Positions 19,502 to 30,043 of a stretch of DNA of 64,000 bases are shown here, piece by piece. The translations under genes and the position numbers were made by a program. Each line of letters begins with the position of its first letter. The stretch's first letter is position 1. The stretch is from a bacterium (GTDB lineage Bacteria > Bacillota_I > Bacilli_A > RFN20 > CAG-288): contig CAVFFP010000003.1 of NCBI GenBank assembly GCA_963621825.1, positions 8,801 to 72,800 of the forward strand, written 5' to 3'. The notes under the pieces are model-generated. The model was not told the DNA's origin. It saw only the letters and a list, made by a program, of their open reading frames with translations, and did not search any database.

Positions 19502-20370
19502 AAAAAGTAGGATTCGCCTGTGTCTATGGCCGTGCCAATGCAGGAAAGAGCACCATTATCAATAAATGCCTTGGCTTTAAATTATTACCCGTCTCTTCTA
19601 AGCCACAGACAACGAGAGACAATGTCAATGCCATTTATAACGATGAAGACTCCCAGATTGTCTTTGTTGACACTCCTGGTGTCTTCCGCCCACATGGAAA
19701 ATTAGGAAGCATCCTTCTTCGCGATGCGGAAAGCGCGAAAGATGGTGTCGATGTTATCGTCTATGTCATCGATGCTAGCGAAGTTCCGAACTTTGAATTG
19801 GCGATGAAGCTTTCCAAGCAGGATATTCCTGTCATTCTTGCTTTCAATAAGGTTGACCTCGTTTCCGCCGATATCGGAGAAAGCCGCCTTGCCCGCTATT
19901 TGGAATATCTCCCAAATGCAAAAGTTCTCCGTATGTCTGCTAAGGAAGGCTATGGAATCAAGGAACTGTTAGATGAGATTAAATCTCATTTTTCTGAAGG
20001 CGAAGTAATCTTCCCGGAAGATATCGTTTCTGATCGTCCGAAAGAATATATCATCTCCGAAATCGTCCGTGAGAAATGCATGAGGCTTCTTGAAAAGGAA
20101 GTTCCGCACTCCATCTATGTCGATATGAGACATGTCGAGGAAAGTGATGAAGGCATGGAAATCTATGCTGATATCATTGTCGAGAAAGAATCCGAAAAGG
20201 CGATTGTCATAGGAAAGGGCGGAAAGATGATATCGGAAATCTGTCGCTATTCTGAACAATCCATCTCTTCTTATTTCGGTGTTCCTGTCCGCTGTGAACT
20301 TTTGGTCAAGGCGATTCCGGACTGGAGAAATCAGGATAAATATCTCCGCAAATTCGGATACGAGCAATGA
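19498..20370 (+). CDS. era: GTPase Era
   Basis: GRANAGKST P-loop, DTPG, NKVD, C-terminal KH domain; 4-nt overlap with ybeY-cdd. Confidence 0.9.
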   Translation: MKKVGFACVYGRANAGKSTIINKCLGFKLLPVSSKPQTTRDNVNAIYNDEDSQIVFVDTPGVFRPHGKLGSILLRDAESAKDGVDVIVYVIDASEVPNFELAMKLSKQDIPVILAFNKVDLVSADIGESRLARYLEYLPNAKVLRMSAKEGYGIKELLDEIKSHFSEGEVIFPEDIVSDRPKEYIISEIVREKCMRLLEKEVPHSIYVDMRHVEESDEGMEIYADIIVEKESEKAIVIGKGGKMISEICRYSEQSISSYFGVPVRCELLVKAIPDWRNQDKYLRKFGYEQ

Positions 20371-21104
20371 TCTCTCTTCCGTTAAAGGAAAGCCTTTGTT
20401 TTGTCCTTTCTGTAACTCCCTACCAAGAGGATTCCGCTGTCATTACTTTTGTAGGTGAAGAAGGATTGTTCTCAGGCCTTGCCCGAGGCGTTTATAAACC
20501 CAAAAGCAGTCTGAAATCTCTTCTCATCGTTCCTAACCTTGTGAAACTGGACTATAAGGAAACGTCTTCTGGTATTCGATTGATCTCATCCTGCCAAGTC
20601 GTAGAAGACAACTCGCTTCTTGCCTTCGATTATCAGAAATCCTGTCTTCTAATGTTTTTACAGGAATTATCATTATCCCTGTTCCGTTTCGGAGACAGTT
20701 ATCCGAGCCATGATATTTATCATCTGCTCTCGTCGTTGAAGGACCATGATGAAATCTTATCGTACTCTATTCTTCTTCTTGGCATCTTTTATCGCTCGCT
20801 TGGAATTGATGAGGTCACGGATAAGTGCATATCGTGTGGAAAAACGAAAAATATCATTTCGTATAATCTAGTCAAAGGTGGATTCCTTTGCTCGGATTGC
20901 AAAGGAGAAGAGACTATTTCATCTGATACGAAACTTTATATTCTGAAGTTCGCATTCATGCCCATCACTTCGGACCTGTTGAAGAAAAAAGTCCCGAAAG
21001 AAGAAGGTAAAGAAATTCTTTCTGAGCTGCTCAATCATCTCATCAACTATTTTGATCTGAAGCCTATCCGATCTTTTTCTCTTCTATTAGAAGCGATAGG
21101 ATAG
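20367..21104 (+). CDS. recO: DNA repair protein RecO
   Basis: 245 aa, CISCGK...CSDC zinc motif, position after era as in Bacillus. Confidence 0.8.
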   Translation: MISLPLKESLCFVLSVTPYQEDSAVITFVGEEGLFSGLARGVYKPKSSLKSLLIVPNLVKLDYKETSSGIRLISSCQVVEDNSLLAFDYQKSCLLMFLQELSLSLFRFGDSYPSHDIYHLLSSLKDHDEILSYSILLLGIFYRSLGIDEVTDKCISCGKTKNIISYNLVKGGFLCSDCKGEETISSDTKLYILKFAFMPITSDLLKKKVPKEEGKEILSELLNHLINYFDLKPIRSFSLLLEAIG

Positions 21105-21168
21105 ATTCAGCAACCTTATTATGTGGTAGAATATTGTCGTTTTATATAACTACTTAAGGAGACATATC

Positions 21169-22566
21169 ATGTCAGACAAAGAAATCAAATTTGAAGAAGT
21201 GACAAGCCATCTCATCACTAGTGGCTTTGTTTATCCTGGTTCCGATATTTATGGCGGTTTATCCAACTCATGGGATTATGGTCCGTTAGGCACCTTGCTT
21301 AAGAATCACGTCAAGGATTTATGGCTCCGTCATTTTGTCCGTGGAATCGAATACAATGTACAGATTGACCCAGCAATCATCATGAACCCCAAAGTCTGGG
21401 AAGCAACAGGACATGTCGCTAATTTCCATGATCCTCTTGTCGACTGCAAATATTGCCATTCCCGTTTCCGCGCCGATCAGATTATCCATGATCAGAAACC
21501 GGAACTTGATGTTGATGGCATGACTCAGCAGGAACTGAATGATGTGATGCAGTCTGGTGAAATCACCTGCCCGAGCTGTGGAAAGAATCAGTTCACTCCT
21601 ATCCGTCAGTTCCAGATGATGTTCAAGACCTTTATCGGTGTCACTGAGGACAAGCAGTCTGTTGTCTATTTAAGACCGGAAACCGCCCAGGGTATTTTCG
21701 TCAACTTCAAGAATGTCATGCGTACCACCAGAAGAAAACTCCCTATCGGTATTGTCGATATCGGCAAATCTTTCCGTAATGAAATCACTCCTGGCAACTT
21801 CACCTTCCGTACCAGAGAGTTTGAACAGATGGAAATCGAATTCTTCTTCAAGCCTGGCGAAGATGATAAGTGGTTTGAGTTCTATAAAGAAAACTGCAAA
21901 ACCTTCGTTGAGAAACTCGGCTTAAAGGAAGAAAAAGTCCGTTTCCGTGATCATGAACCTGCCGAACTTGCTTTCTATTCGAAGGCTACTACCGATATTG
22001 AATATTATTTCCCGACCATCGGATGGGGAGAACTGATGGGTATTGCCTGCCGTGGTGATTATGATCTTTCCAAGCACATGCAGTATTCCACACAGGATCT
22101 GACTTATCTCGATCCTGAGACCAATACCAGATACGTTCCTCATGTCGTCGAGCCTTCCTTTGGCTTAGATAGACTTATGTTGGCTTTGTGTTGTGACGCC
22201 TATGATGTTGAATCCCTCCAGGATGGCAAGGATTCCCGTATCGTTATGCACTTCGCACCGGAACTTGCTCCTTATTCTGTCGCCGTCATGCCTTTAAGCA
22301 ACAAGCTTACGGAACAGGCAAAGAAAGTATTCGATGAACTTAGATATCATTATGATGCCATCTTCGATACGACTGGCAGCATTGGAAAACGTTACAGAAG
22401 AGAAGACGCAATCGGTACTCCCTTATGCGTCACTTATGATTTCCAGAGTGAAGAGGACCAGACTGTCACGGTCCGTGAAAGAGATACGATGAGTCAGGAA
22501 AGAATCAAGATTTCTGATTTGGATTCTTATATCCACGCTTTCCTGCATAAGAACGAAGTCAAATAA
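21169..22566 (+). CDS. glyQS: Glycine--tRNA ligase, single-chain (GlyQS) type
   Basis: 465 aa class II aaRS with the eukaryote/archaeal-like GlyRS core (GFVYPGSDIYGG..., FRNEITPG); no T-box leader (64-nt intergenic). Confidence 0.9.
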   Translation: MSDKEIKFEEVTSHLITSGFVYPGSDIYGGLSNSWDYGPLGTLLKNHVKDLWLRHFVRGIEYNVQIDPAIIMNPKVWEATGHVANFHDPLVDCKYCHSRFRADQIIHDQKPELDVDGMTQQELNDVMQSGEITCPSCGKNQFTPIRQFQMMFKTFIGVTEDKQSVVYLRPETAQGIFVNFKNVMRTTRRKLPIGIVDIGKSFRNEITPGNFTFRTREFEQMEIEFFFKPGEDDKWFEFYKENCKTFVEKLGLKEEKVRFRDHEPAELAFYSKATTDIEYYFPTIGWGELMGIACRGDYDLSKHMQYSTQDLTYLDPETNTRYVPHVVEPSFGLDRLMLALCCDAYDVESLQDGKDSRIVMHFAPELAPYSVAVMPLSNKLTEQAKKVFDELRYHYDAIFDTTGSIGKRYRREDAIGTPLCVTYDFQSEEDQTVTVRERDTMSQERIKISDLDSYIHAFLHKNEVK

Positions 22567-22577
22567 GGAGTTTAATC

Positions 22578-24659
22578 TTGGCTAACAATCCTAAGACAGG
22601 CGAAAGCATTTTCAAGGAAGTTGACAAAAAAGCGGACATCGTGAAAGTGGTGTCCACTTTTTTGGGCTACAATAACCTTCAGAAGAAGGGAAAGATTTAC
22701 TATGCTCTCTGCCCGTTCCATAACGATACCAATCCCTCCATGCAGGTGAATCCGGAACGTAACACCTTCCATTGCTGGGCTTGCAACTCTTATGGAAGTT
22801 CTATTGAGTTTGTCAAAAAATACAAGAATGTCAAACCGATTGAAGCTTTGAAAATCGTTTCTGATATCTGCTCTATTCCCTTACCGAATGAGTTTACAAA
22901 AAATAGCTTTGTTCCTCGTATTGAAAAAGACTATCCGAAGGAACTGAAAGCTTTAGAGGATGCCGATAAATTCTATCAGCTGGTTTTGGATAGCAAGTCT
23001 GGAACTGACGGAAAACTCTACCTAGAAAAGAGAGGTCTGACGAAAGAGGTCATCTCCCATTTTGGAATCGGTTATGCTCCAGATGATCCGAAGATGATTG
23101 TCGATAGCCTTAGAAAGCAGGGGTATGATATCGATACTTTGACTCGTGCAGGAATACTTTCAAATTCTGCTAAGCTGGAGGACAGATACTACCATCGTAT
23201 CATGTTCCCTATCTATGATAACAACGATCATCTTGTTGCATTCTCTGGCCGAGTTCTTACAAAGGATCAAAGTCCTTCTAAATACGTGAACTATCCTGAG
23301 ACTGTCTTGTTCAAGAAGAATGAAATCCTTTATCATTTTTCAAAGGCGAAAGAGGATGCGAAGAGGAAAGGCTATATCTATCTTGTCGAAGGATTCATGG
23401 ATGTCATCGCCGTTGTTCGTTCCGGTCTTTATGCTGTCTGTGGAACCATGGGTACTGCCTTAACTCAAGAACATATCAACGCTCTGAAAGATTTATCCGT
23501 TGAGGTAAGACTTTGCCTTGATAGCGATGAACCGGGTCAGATTGGCGAGGAAAGAGCAGCAGAGGCATTATTGAAGAACCATGTGCCTTTTAGAATCGTC
23601 CGTAAGTTCCAGACCGGAAAAGATGCGGATGAAGTTTTGACTAACGGAAAAGAAAAAGGCGCTGAGTTGCTTCTTAGCCAACTCAACCGACTTTGTGATC
23701 CTTTCCTGTTTTTCTTAAGAAGGACTCTTGGTGACAGAAAAATGCTGACGGACACGGTTGAGATTCAGAAGTTCTTACGTGACCGTTATCCCTACTATGA
23801 GGCATTGGATGATATTTCAAAGGCAAAAGATCTCGAATACTTATCCCGTGTCTGTTCTTTGGACAAGGCGACCTTAGAAAAGGTCCTTAAGAATATGGCA
23901 CCGGTTTCCAATAAGACCGGCACGCCGATTGTAAACCAGAATCCGAAAGAGAATGATGGCTATATCCCACGTACAAACACTGGTACTGTTTACCGTAAAA
24001 GAAGAACCACACCTGTAGAACCGAACATCCGTTGCTCTTGGAGTGGGAAATATAAGCTGAGTGAGATCCTTTTCTCTCTGACTGAGATGGCAAAGAAATC
24101 TCCAGAAGCCGAAGGATTTCTCCCACAGTTGATCGAAAATGAATGCTCGATTGCTATCGTACTCACTCACTCTTATGATGCTTTAGTGGAGTTACAGAGT
24201 TCACGTACGGATCTTGTATTCCCTCCACTTTCGAAACTTGTCAACTTTATCGGTGATGAATATCTAAGACATCCTGGAAACAAGGAACCGTTCAAAGAAC
24301 TTGATTATCAGGCTATCCGTGATGAAATCTCTTCTCATAGTGCCGTTTCTGATGAGGCTGTTGATGACGCTGATCCCTTGGGGCTGTTCAAAGATGAAGA
24401 GACGAACTCGAATTACTATCGTAATCTCAATGAAGCGGAATCCGATTTCTTATTGGAATTCATAGAGAAGATCAAATTGCTGAGCGATGACTGCTTCGAT
24501 ATGGAAACACTAAAGGGGAATCTTATACTTCATCCTCTTTATGTAAGCTGGGACAAACTCGAAAAGAAAAAGAATCTTTCCGGCTTCCTCTCAAAAGAAG
24601 AGGAAATTGAAGTGTTCCAGTTGAAAGCGAAAATTAGAAAATGCAGTGGAAAAATCTAA
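22578..24659 (+). CDS. dnaG: DNA primase DnaG
   Basis: Zinc ribbon CPFHNDTNPSMQV...FHCWAC, TOPRIM (EGFMDV, DSDEPG), TTG start. Confidence 0.9.
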   Translation: MANNPKTGESIFKEVDKKADIVKVVSTFLGYNNLQKKGKIYYALCPFHNDTNPSMQVNPERNTFHCWACNSYGSSIEFVKKYKNVKPIEALKIVSDICSIPLPNEFTKNSFVPRIEKDYPKELKALEDADKFYQLVLDSKSGTDGKLYLEKRGLTKEVISHFGIGYAPDDPKMIVDSLRKQGYDIDTLTRAGILSNSAKLEDRYYHRIMFPIYDNNDHLVAFSGRVLTKDQSPSKYVNYPETVLFKKNEILYHFSKAKEDAKRKGYIYLVEGFMDVIAVVRSGLYAVCGTMGTALTQEHINALKDLSVEVRLCLDSDEPGQIGEERAAEALLKNHVPFRIVRKFQTGKDADEVLTNGKEKGAELLLSQLNRLCDPFLFFLRRTLGDRKMLTDTVEIQKFLRDRYPYYEALDDISKAKDLEYLSRVCSLDKATLEKVLKNMAPVSNKTGTPIVNQNPKENDGYIPRTNTGTVYRKRRTTPVEPNIRCSWSGKYKLSEILFSLTEMAKKSPEAEGFLPQLIENECSIAIVLTHSYDALVELQSSRTDLVFPPLSKLVNFIGDEYLRHPGNKEPFKELDYQAIRDEISSHSAVSDEAVDDADPLGLFKDEETNSNYYRNLNEAESDFLLEFIEKIKLLSDDCFDMETLKGNLILHPLYVSWDKLEKKKNLSGFLSKEEEIEVFQLKAKIRKCSGKI

Positions 24660-24725
24660 AAAAATATCTTAGTTTACTTGATATTAGCAAAGAATCCATA
24701 ATAATGTTTATAGTGAGGTCCAAAA

Positions 24726-26210
24726 ATGAAAAAAACCAAAGAAAAGACTTTAGAAGCAACAGAAGAGGTTTCTGTTGATGTTGACATCAAAGAACCTGTC
24801 AAGCAAGTAAAGAAGACAAAGAAGAAAACGGAAACCGTTTCTGATACCGATACTGCTGAACCCAAAGCGAAAAAGACCGCAAAGAAGGCAAAGAAGCAGG
24901 AGTTCACGGAATTAGAAGATATCTCTGAGAAGGTCATCGAAGTGTCTGCTGATAAGGATGCTGATATCGTCAGTGACGAGGAAATCGATAGCTTTGTTCA
25001 GAAGAATCTCGAACAGGCCAAAGGCAAAAAAGGCAAAAAGACCATTTCTGAGCTTGTCAATGACAACAAAGAATTGATGGGCCTCGATGACATCAAACAG
25101 CACTTTTTGGACCTTGGCAAAAAGAATAACGGCATTTATAAACAGACAGAATTCGATAAATATATCTCAAAGTTTGAATTGAACGATGATGACCTTGCTG
25201 ACTTACAGGAATTCCTCATCGACAACAATCTCCATTCCGACGATGAGAATTTAGATGATGAAGTCCTTGACCCGGTTGATGATGGCGATGATTTCAACGA
25301 TGACGACTCCTATGACCGCGATGATACCGATTATGATGACGATGACGATTATTATGTCGCTACCGATGTCAAAAACGCAGATCCTGTCAGACAGTATCTC
25401 CATTCCATTGGCACGTATCAGGTCTTAGAGAGCAAAGAACAGGAAGTCGAACTTGCCAAGCGTGTCTTAGAACACGATCAGGATGCAAAAGATCAGCTCA
25501 TCACCTGCAACCTGAAGCTTGTCGTTTCTATTGCCAAACATTATGTCAACCGCGGTATGGATTTCCTCGATTTGATTCAGGAAGGCAACCTCGGCTTGAT
25601 GAAGGCGGTTGATAAATTCGATTACACAAGAGGATTCAAGTTCTCTACCTATGCGACATGGTGGATCCGACAGGCTATCACCCGTGCCTTGGCTGACCAG
25701 GCAAGAACCATCCGTATTCCTGTCCATATGGTTGAAACCATCAACAAAATCACCCGTGCTCAGAGAAAGCTCGTCCAGAAACTCAACCGCGATCCTACTG
25801 CCGAAGAAATCTCTGAGGAACTTGGCGGAACCCTTTCTGCCAATAAGATCCGCGAGATTCAGCAGATTGCCCTTGATCCGCTTTCCTTAGAGAAACCGGT
25901 CGGTGAAGAAGAAGACAGTCACGTCGGTGATTTCATCGAAGACAAAGATAACATCTCTCCATATGAATACGCAAATCGTTCCATGGAGACTGAGAGAATT
26001 AATGAGGTTTTAAGTCAGCTTACCGAAAAGGAAGCACGTATCATTCGTCTCCGCTATGGTTTGGAAGATGGCAGAACACACACCTTGGAAGAAGTCGGAA
26101 AAGAGTTCAACGTCACGAGAGAACGTATCCGTCAGATTGAGGCTAAGGCCTTAAAGAAGCTTCGCCATCCTGCAAGAAGCAAGCTCTTGAAAGATTTCTG
26201 TGATCAGTGA
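24726..26210 (+). CDS. sigA: Primary sigma factor SigA/RpoD
   Basis: Acidic N-terminal region; region 2 [40 protein letters not shown]; region 4.2 helix-turn-helix; follows dnaG. Confidence 0.9.
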   Translation: MKKTKEKTLEATEEVSVDVDIKEPVKQVKKTKKKTETVSDTDTAEPKAKKTAKKAKKQEFTELEDISEKVIEVSADKDADIVSDEEIDSFVQKNLEQAKGKKGKKTISELVNDNKELMGLDDIKQHFLDLGKKNNGIYKQTEFDKYISKFELNDDDLADLQEFLIDNNLHSDDENLDDEVLDPVDDGDDFNDDDSYDRDDTDYDDDDDYYVATDVKNADPVRQYLHSIGTYQVLESKEQEVELAKRVLEHDQDAKDQLITCNLKLVVSIAKHYVNRGMDFLDLIQEGNLGLMKAVDKFDYTRGFKFSTYATWWIRQAITRALADQARTIRIPVHMVETINKITRAQRKLVQKLNRDPTAEEISEELGGTLSANKIREIQQIALDPLSLEKPVGEEEDSHVGDFIEDKDNISPYEYANRSMETERINEVLSQLTEKEARIIRLRYGLEDGRTHTLEEVGKEFNVTRERIRQIEAKALKKLRHPARSKLLKDFCDQ

Positions 26211-26856
26211 TTTGTCTACGCGTCTACTAGACGCCTATCAGATGATTCCAAAGGACCAGATCATCATGGATATTGGGGCAGACAGCGGGCTTCTTGCAAA
26301 AGAGCTCGCCAGAAGCCATATGAAGGTCTATGCCAGTGAAAACAAAAAAGGTCCTTTTCTATCCTTGTCATCGAATACGATATCAGAACAGAAAGAGTTT
26401 GGTCTTACCTGTCTTTTCACAGACGGCATCGATATTCTTCCTAGTGATGTCACGATGCTTTCAATAATGGGTATGGGAGGCGGTACCATCTATGATATTC
26501 TTTCTAGACATGAGAAAAAACTGAACCAGATTTCCTACTTGTTGATCGAACCGCAGAGCGAATATACTCTCCCTTTGAAATTCCTTCTAGATAGAAAATA
26601 CCATGTCATCGACGGGCACTATGTCTATGAAAAGAGATATTATCCGATGCTTCTCTTGAAAAAAGAAGAGAGTAAGATGACTTATGACGGAGTGGAATTA
26701 TCCTATGGGATTCTTCCACTAAGAAATCATGACGAGGTATTAAAAGAATATCTGTTGCGACAGAAGAAACATATTCTTTCGTTTCCTGAAAATGTCAGAG
26801 AAACGAAAACCGATGAGTTGACTATGATTGAGAAAGGATTAGCACGATATGAATGA
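26200..26856 (+). CDS. trmK: tRNA (adenine22-N1)-methyltransferase TrmK (YqfN)
   Basis: N-terminus aligns with Bsu TrmK ([26 protein letters not shown]); GMGGG motif; position after sigA. Confidence 0.75.
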   Translation: MISDLSTRLLDAYQMIPKDQIIMDIGADSGLLAKELARSHMKVYASENKKGPFLSLSSNTISEQKEFGLTCLFTDGIDILPSDVTMLSIMGMGGGTIYDILSRHEKKLNQISYLLIEPQSEYTLPLKFLLDRKYHVIDGHYVYEKRYYPMLLLKKEESKMTYDGVELSYGILPLRNHDEVLKEYLLRQKKHILSFPENVRETKTDELTMIEKGLARYE

Positions 26857-27619
26857 ACGCAGTCTGATTAGCCGCATCAATTCTTGCTTTCCTCCTTCCT
26901 CTTCTGAAGTATGGGATTTCCCTGGTTTTCAATGCGGTAAAAGAAACCCCAAAAGAGAGATCAAAAAGGTTCTTCTTTGCCTTGATTTCACTGAGGACGT
27001 CCTTGTGGAAGCGAAAAAGTATCAGCCTGATTTGATTCTTACTCATCATCCATTCTTTTTCGGGAAGAAGAAAGATGTGCTTTCTTCCGATGCGAAAAAG
27101 ATATACTTGACTCAGGAAGTCGAAAAACTGAATTGTTCCCTTTATTCTTATCATACTGACTTTGATAAAGATGCAATGGGTATGAATGACACTCTTCTTT
27201 CTTTCTTGGGTGTGAAAGATATTCAAGTTGCTCCGGATGGACTCATGAGATTAGGTCATTTGTCACATCCTTTTTCCATGGTGGAGCTTCTTGATTTAGT
27301 AAAAGACAAATACTCTCTTCCCTTTCTCCTTTACTTAAAAGGCACAAAAGAAGAGATTCAGAATATCGCCTTTGTTGCTGGAGGTGATTCCGGCGCTTAC
27401 TTTGATGCTCTTTCCTTAGGAGCGGATTGCTATATTTCCGGAGACTGTCCTCACCACACTAGACTTGAGATGAGACGATACGGACTCAATTACATCGAAC
27501 TTCCGCATGAAGTGGAAGAGTTAGGGTTCTTAATTGGAATGTCTGAAGTTCTTTCTAAAATCAATCCAGAGATTGATGTAAACAAATTTGCGTTTGAAAA
27601 GTATTTTGATATCCGATAA
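26849..27619 (+). CDS. Nif3-family dinuclear metal centre protein (YqfO)
   Basis: HHPFFF and GDCPHHT metal-binding motifs; conserved position after trmK. Confidence 0.75.
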   Translation: MNERSLISRINSCFPPSSSEVWDFPGFQCGKRNPKREIKKVLLCLDFTEDVLVEAKKYQPDLILTHHPFFFGKKKDVLSSDAKKIYLTQEVEKLNCSLYSYHTDFDKDAMGMNDTLLSFLGVKDIQVAPDGLMRLGHLSHPFSMVELLDLVKDKYSLPFLLYLKGTKEEIQNIAFVAGGDSGAYFDALSLGADCYISGDCPHHTRLEMRRYGLNYIELPHEVEELGFLIGMSEVLSKINPEIDVNKFAFEKYFDIR

Positions 27620-27632
27620 AGGAGCAGAAAGC

Positions 27633-28562
27633 ATGAACAAAGAGAAAAAGGTTACTGACGGATTAGACGAAGACTTCGACATTGATGAGGTCGATTGCGG
27701 TTCTTCCATCAATGGCAAAGATGCCTACCAGATGTTTATCGATTCAATCTCTACGTTCCCCAAATTCACCTCTCAGGAGAATCTTGAAAAGATAAAGGAG
27801 TATCACTCTGCGGAAGGTGATGAAAAGATTGCACTACTAGATAGCATTGTCGAAGGGAATATCCGTCTTGTCATAAAATATGCAGCCGAAATCGCCTCAC
27901 ATGCTGCTCCGAACTCTTCAGAAAAGAGTGTCCGAGGACTTAGGATGGATTTGATACAGGAAGGCTCTCAGGCGCTTGCGAAAGCCATTAAGGACTTTGA
28001 TCCGGCAAGAGGCTACGCTTTCTCCACATTAGCTGTCACCTATATCAAACGAGCTATGTACGCTTTTCTCAATGCCAATTCCAGAATGATCTATCTCCCC
28101 CAACAAATATTGGACCGCCATAGACTGATTGTCAGAGCATCTGATGAACTGGTGAAGAAAAATGGCACGAAACCTACCTTTGAGGAAGTGGCCAGTTATC
28201 TGAATAACGGACTTACGGCAAAGGACATAGAAGAAAACTGCTTGATCTTCAACGGTGTGGAAGTCAAGTCGATGGAAGGTGATTCAGACGAAGATAACGA
28301 AAAGAACGCACTGAATAATCTTCCTAGTCCGGATATGAACCCTCAGGAAGTCTGTGAGAAAAAGGAACAGATGGAAAAACTCGAGAAGGGAAGAAAAAGT
28401 CTGACTCCTATGATGAACTTCATCATTTCCCACCGTTATCCTAACGATGATTCAGAACCTTGGACGTTACGTGAGCTTTCTGAAGAGTTAGGCATTTCCA
28501 AAGAAAGGGTCAGACAACTCGAAAGCGAAGCAAAGGAAAAATTAAGAGAGATGCTTTCTTAA
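27633..28562 (+). CDS. Divergent sigma-70 family sigma factor (second paralog)
   Basis: Regions 2-4 recognisable (GNIRLVIKYA; DLIQEGSQALAKAIKDFDPARGYAFSTLAVTYIKRA; C-terminal HTH LRELSEELGISKERVRQLE). ATG 27633 preceded by AAAGGAG. The two Trp of region 2.3/2.4 are replaced. Confidence 0.65.
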   Translation: MNKEKKVTDGLDEDFDIDEVDCGSSINGKDAYQMFIDSISTFPKFTSQENLEKIKEYHSAEGDEKIALLDSIVEGNIRLVIKYAAEIASHAAPNSSEKSVRGLRMDLIQEGSQALAKAIKDFDPARGYAFSTLAVTYIKRAMYAFLNANSRMIYLPQQILDRHRLIVRASDELVKKNGTKPTFEEVASYLNNGLTAKDIEENCLIFNGVEVKSMEGDSDEDNEKNALNNLPSPDMNPQEVCEKKEQMEKLEKGRKSLTPMMNFIISHRYPNDDSEPWTLRELSEELGISKERVRQLESEAKEKLREMLS

Positions 28563-28571
28563 AAATGATAA

Positions 28572-28608
28572 GACCGGTCAATTTGTCTTTTGACCGGTTT
28601 TTGTTTGA
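28572..28608. terminator. Bidirectional terminator between sigma-2 and ispH (GACCGGTCAA-N8-TTGACCGGT-TTTTG)
   Basis: seen directly; 9-bp stem. Confidence 0.55.
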
Positions 28609-29450
28609 TCAAGATAATCACGGATTGCAAGAACGGATTCTTTGCTGATAGAAGTAGAAGAAACAAGAAGAATGTTTTCTTTTTTCAGTTCTTTTAAGGT
28701 GATGTCATCGATGCAATTTGCACGTGTTACATAACATTCCGGAAAAGAAAACTGAATCGATTTTGCTAACTGTTCACAGTTGGATGAAGTTTTAGAACCA
28801 AGAACAATGACATCGAATGTAGTAGCATCATGCTTTGCTAAGAAATCGAGAGCGTCTTTTTTTCTTTTCAGATAGGAAGGGCATGGTAAAAGAGAGATGC
28901 GAAGATCAGAGTTCTTGGATAAATAATCTTGGAACGACAATGCTTTTTCTTCCGACATCGTCGATTGAACGAGAAGCCCTGTCTTATTTTTTGCATTAAT
29001 GCATGGATATTCCTTATCGGGATCAACATAAATCATGAAAGGAAAATGGGATAGAAAAGAAATGCTTTCCTGATGTTCTTTTTTTCCAAGGTAATACCAA
29101 GTCAGATTTTCGCTTTTTCCCACTATCCCATAACGCTTTTTCAAGACGGGACAGATTGCATCATAACAAGGATGAGAAGAGAAGCATTTCTCATCCTCTA
29201 ATGTATGTCCGTGAGCCGGGAAAAGGATAGCATCACTTTCCTGAATGTCTTCTTTTCTGTCCTTGAAATGATAACTTGTTTTCAACTTACGGTTTTCAAT
29301 TTCGTTATGCATCAACGGCAAAAGAAGAACGACGGAATCCTGTTCCTGTTTAGCCCTTTTCAGGGTCTCGATGCTGTTTTTTACGCCGGCACAGAAGCCG
29401 AAATCAGATAGAAGATAAATCATGGCTTTATGATAGCACTGATGAAACAA
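28578..29450 (-). CDS. ispH: 4-hydroxy-3-methylbut-2-enyl diphosphate reductase IspH (LytB)
   Basis: GFCAGV, FPAHGH and YDAICPVL motifs align with the IspH Cys-ligand regions; true start may be Met-10 at 29423. Confidence 0.85.
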   Translation of the reverse strand: MFHQCYHKAMIYLLSDFGFCAGVKNSIETLKRAKQEQDSVVLLLPLMHNEIENRKLKTSYHFKDRKEDIQESDAILFPAHGHTLEDEKCFSSHPCYDAICPVLKKRYGIVGKSENLTWYYLGKKEHQESISFLSHFPFMIYVDPDKEYPCINAKNKTGLLVQSTMSEEKALSFQDYLSKNSDLRISLLPCPSYLKRKKDALDFLAKHDATTFDVIVLGSKTSSNCEQLAKSIQFSFPECYVTRANCIDDITLKELKKENILLVSSTSISKESVLAIRDYLDQTKTGQKTN

Positions 29451-29512
29451 ATCTGTGCTAAAAAATGAATAATAAGGTGTTATACTATACCCGTATCGGA
29501 GGACTACTCTTT

Positions 29513-30034
29513 ATGGATTATGAAAAATATATCGGAGTCACACCTGACTTCCCCAAGAAAGGCATTTCGTTCAAGGACATTTCACCCTTGCTTGCTAACC
29601 CGGACGCATTCGCTTCCTGCATCAAGGATTTGTCTAAAATGGCAGAAGAATTCAAACCGGATTATATCTGCGGACCGGAAAGCCGCGCCTTCATCTTCGG
29701 CGCAGCCATGGGCTATGAAATGCACAAAGGATTTGTCATGGCCAGAAAGGCCGGAAAACTTCCTGGTGTGACATATAAAGTCACCTATCAGCTTGAATAC
29801 GGCACCGCAACAATCGAGATTCCGGCCAATGCTTTCCCGAAGGGCGCAAGAGTTCTTTTGGTCGATGACCTTATGGCAACGGGAGGAACTTTCTTGGCAT
29901 TGAAACAGCTGATTGAACAGGCTGGCGGAATCCCGGTCGGCTGCATTACGTTGATCAATCTTGAGGAACTTCACGGAGAAAAGACGGTCGGTCTTCCCTG
30001 CAAGAGCCTTTTGAATCTGTCAGATAGTCACTAA
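29513..30034 (+). CDS. apt: Adenine phosphoribosyltransferase
   Basis: MDYEKYIGVTPDFPKKGISFKDISPLL matches the Apt N-terminus; PRPP-binding VLLVDDLMATGGT; GGAGGA RBS; extended -10 TGtTATACT upstream. Confidence 0.9.
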   Translation: MDYEKYIGVTPDFPKKGISFKDISPLLANPDAFASCIKDLSKMAEEFKPDYICGPESRAFIFGAAMGYEMHKGFVMARKAGKLPGVTYKVTYQLEYGTATIEIPANAFPKGARVLLVDDLMATGGTFLALKQLIEQAGGIPVGCITLINLEELHGEKTVGLPCKSLLNLSDSH

Positions 30035-30043
30035 GGTATTGAT

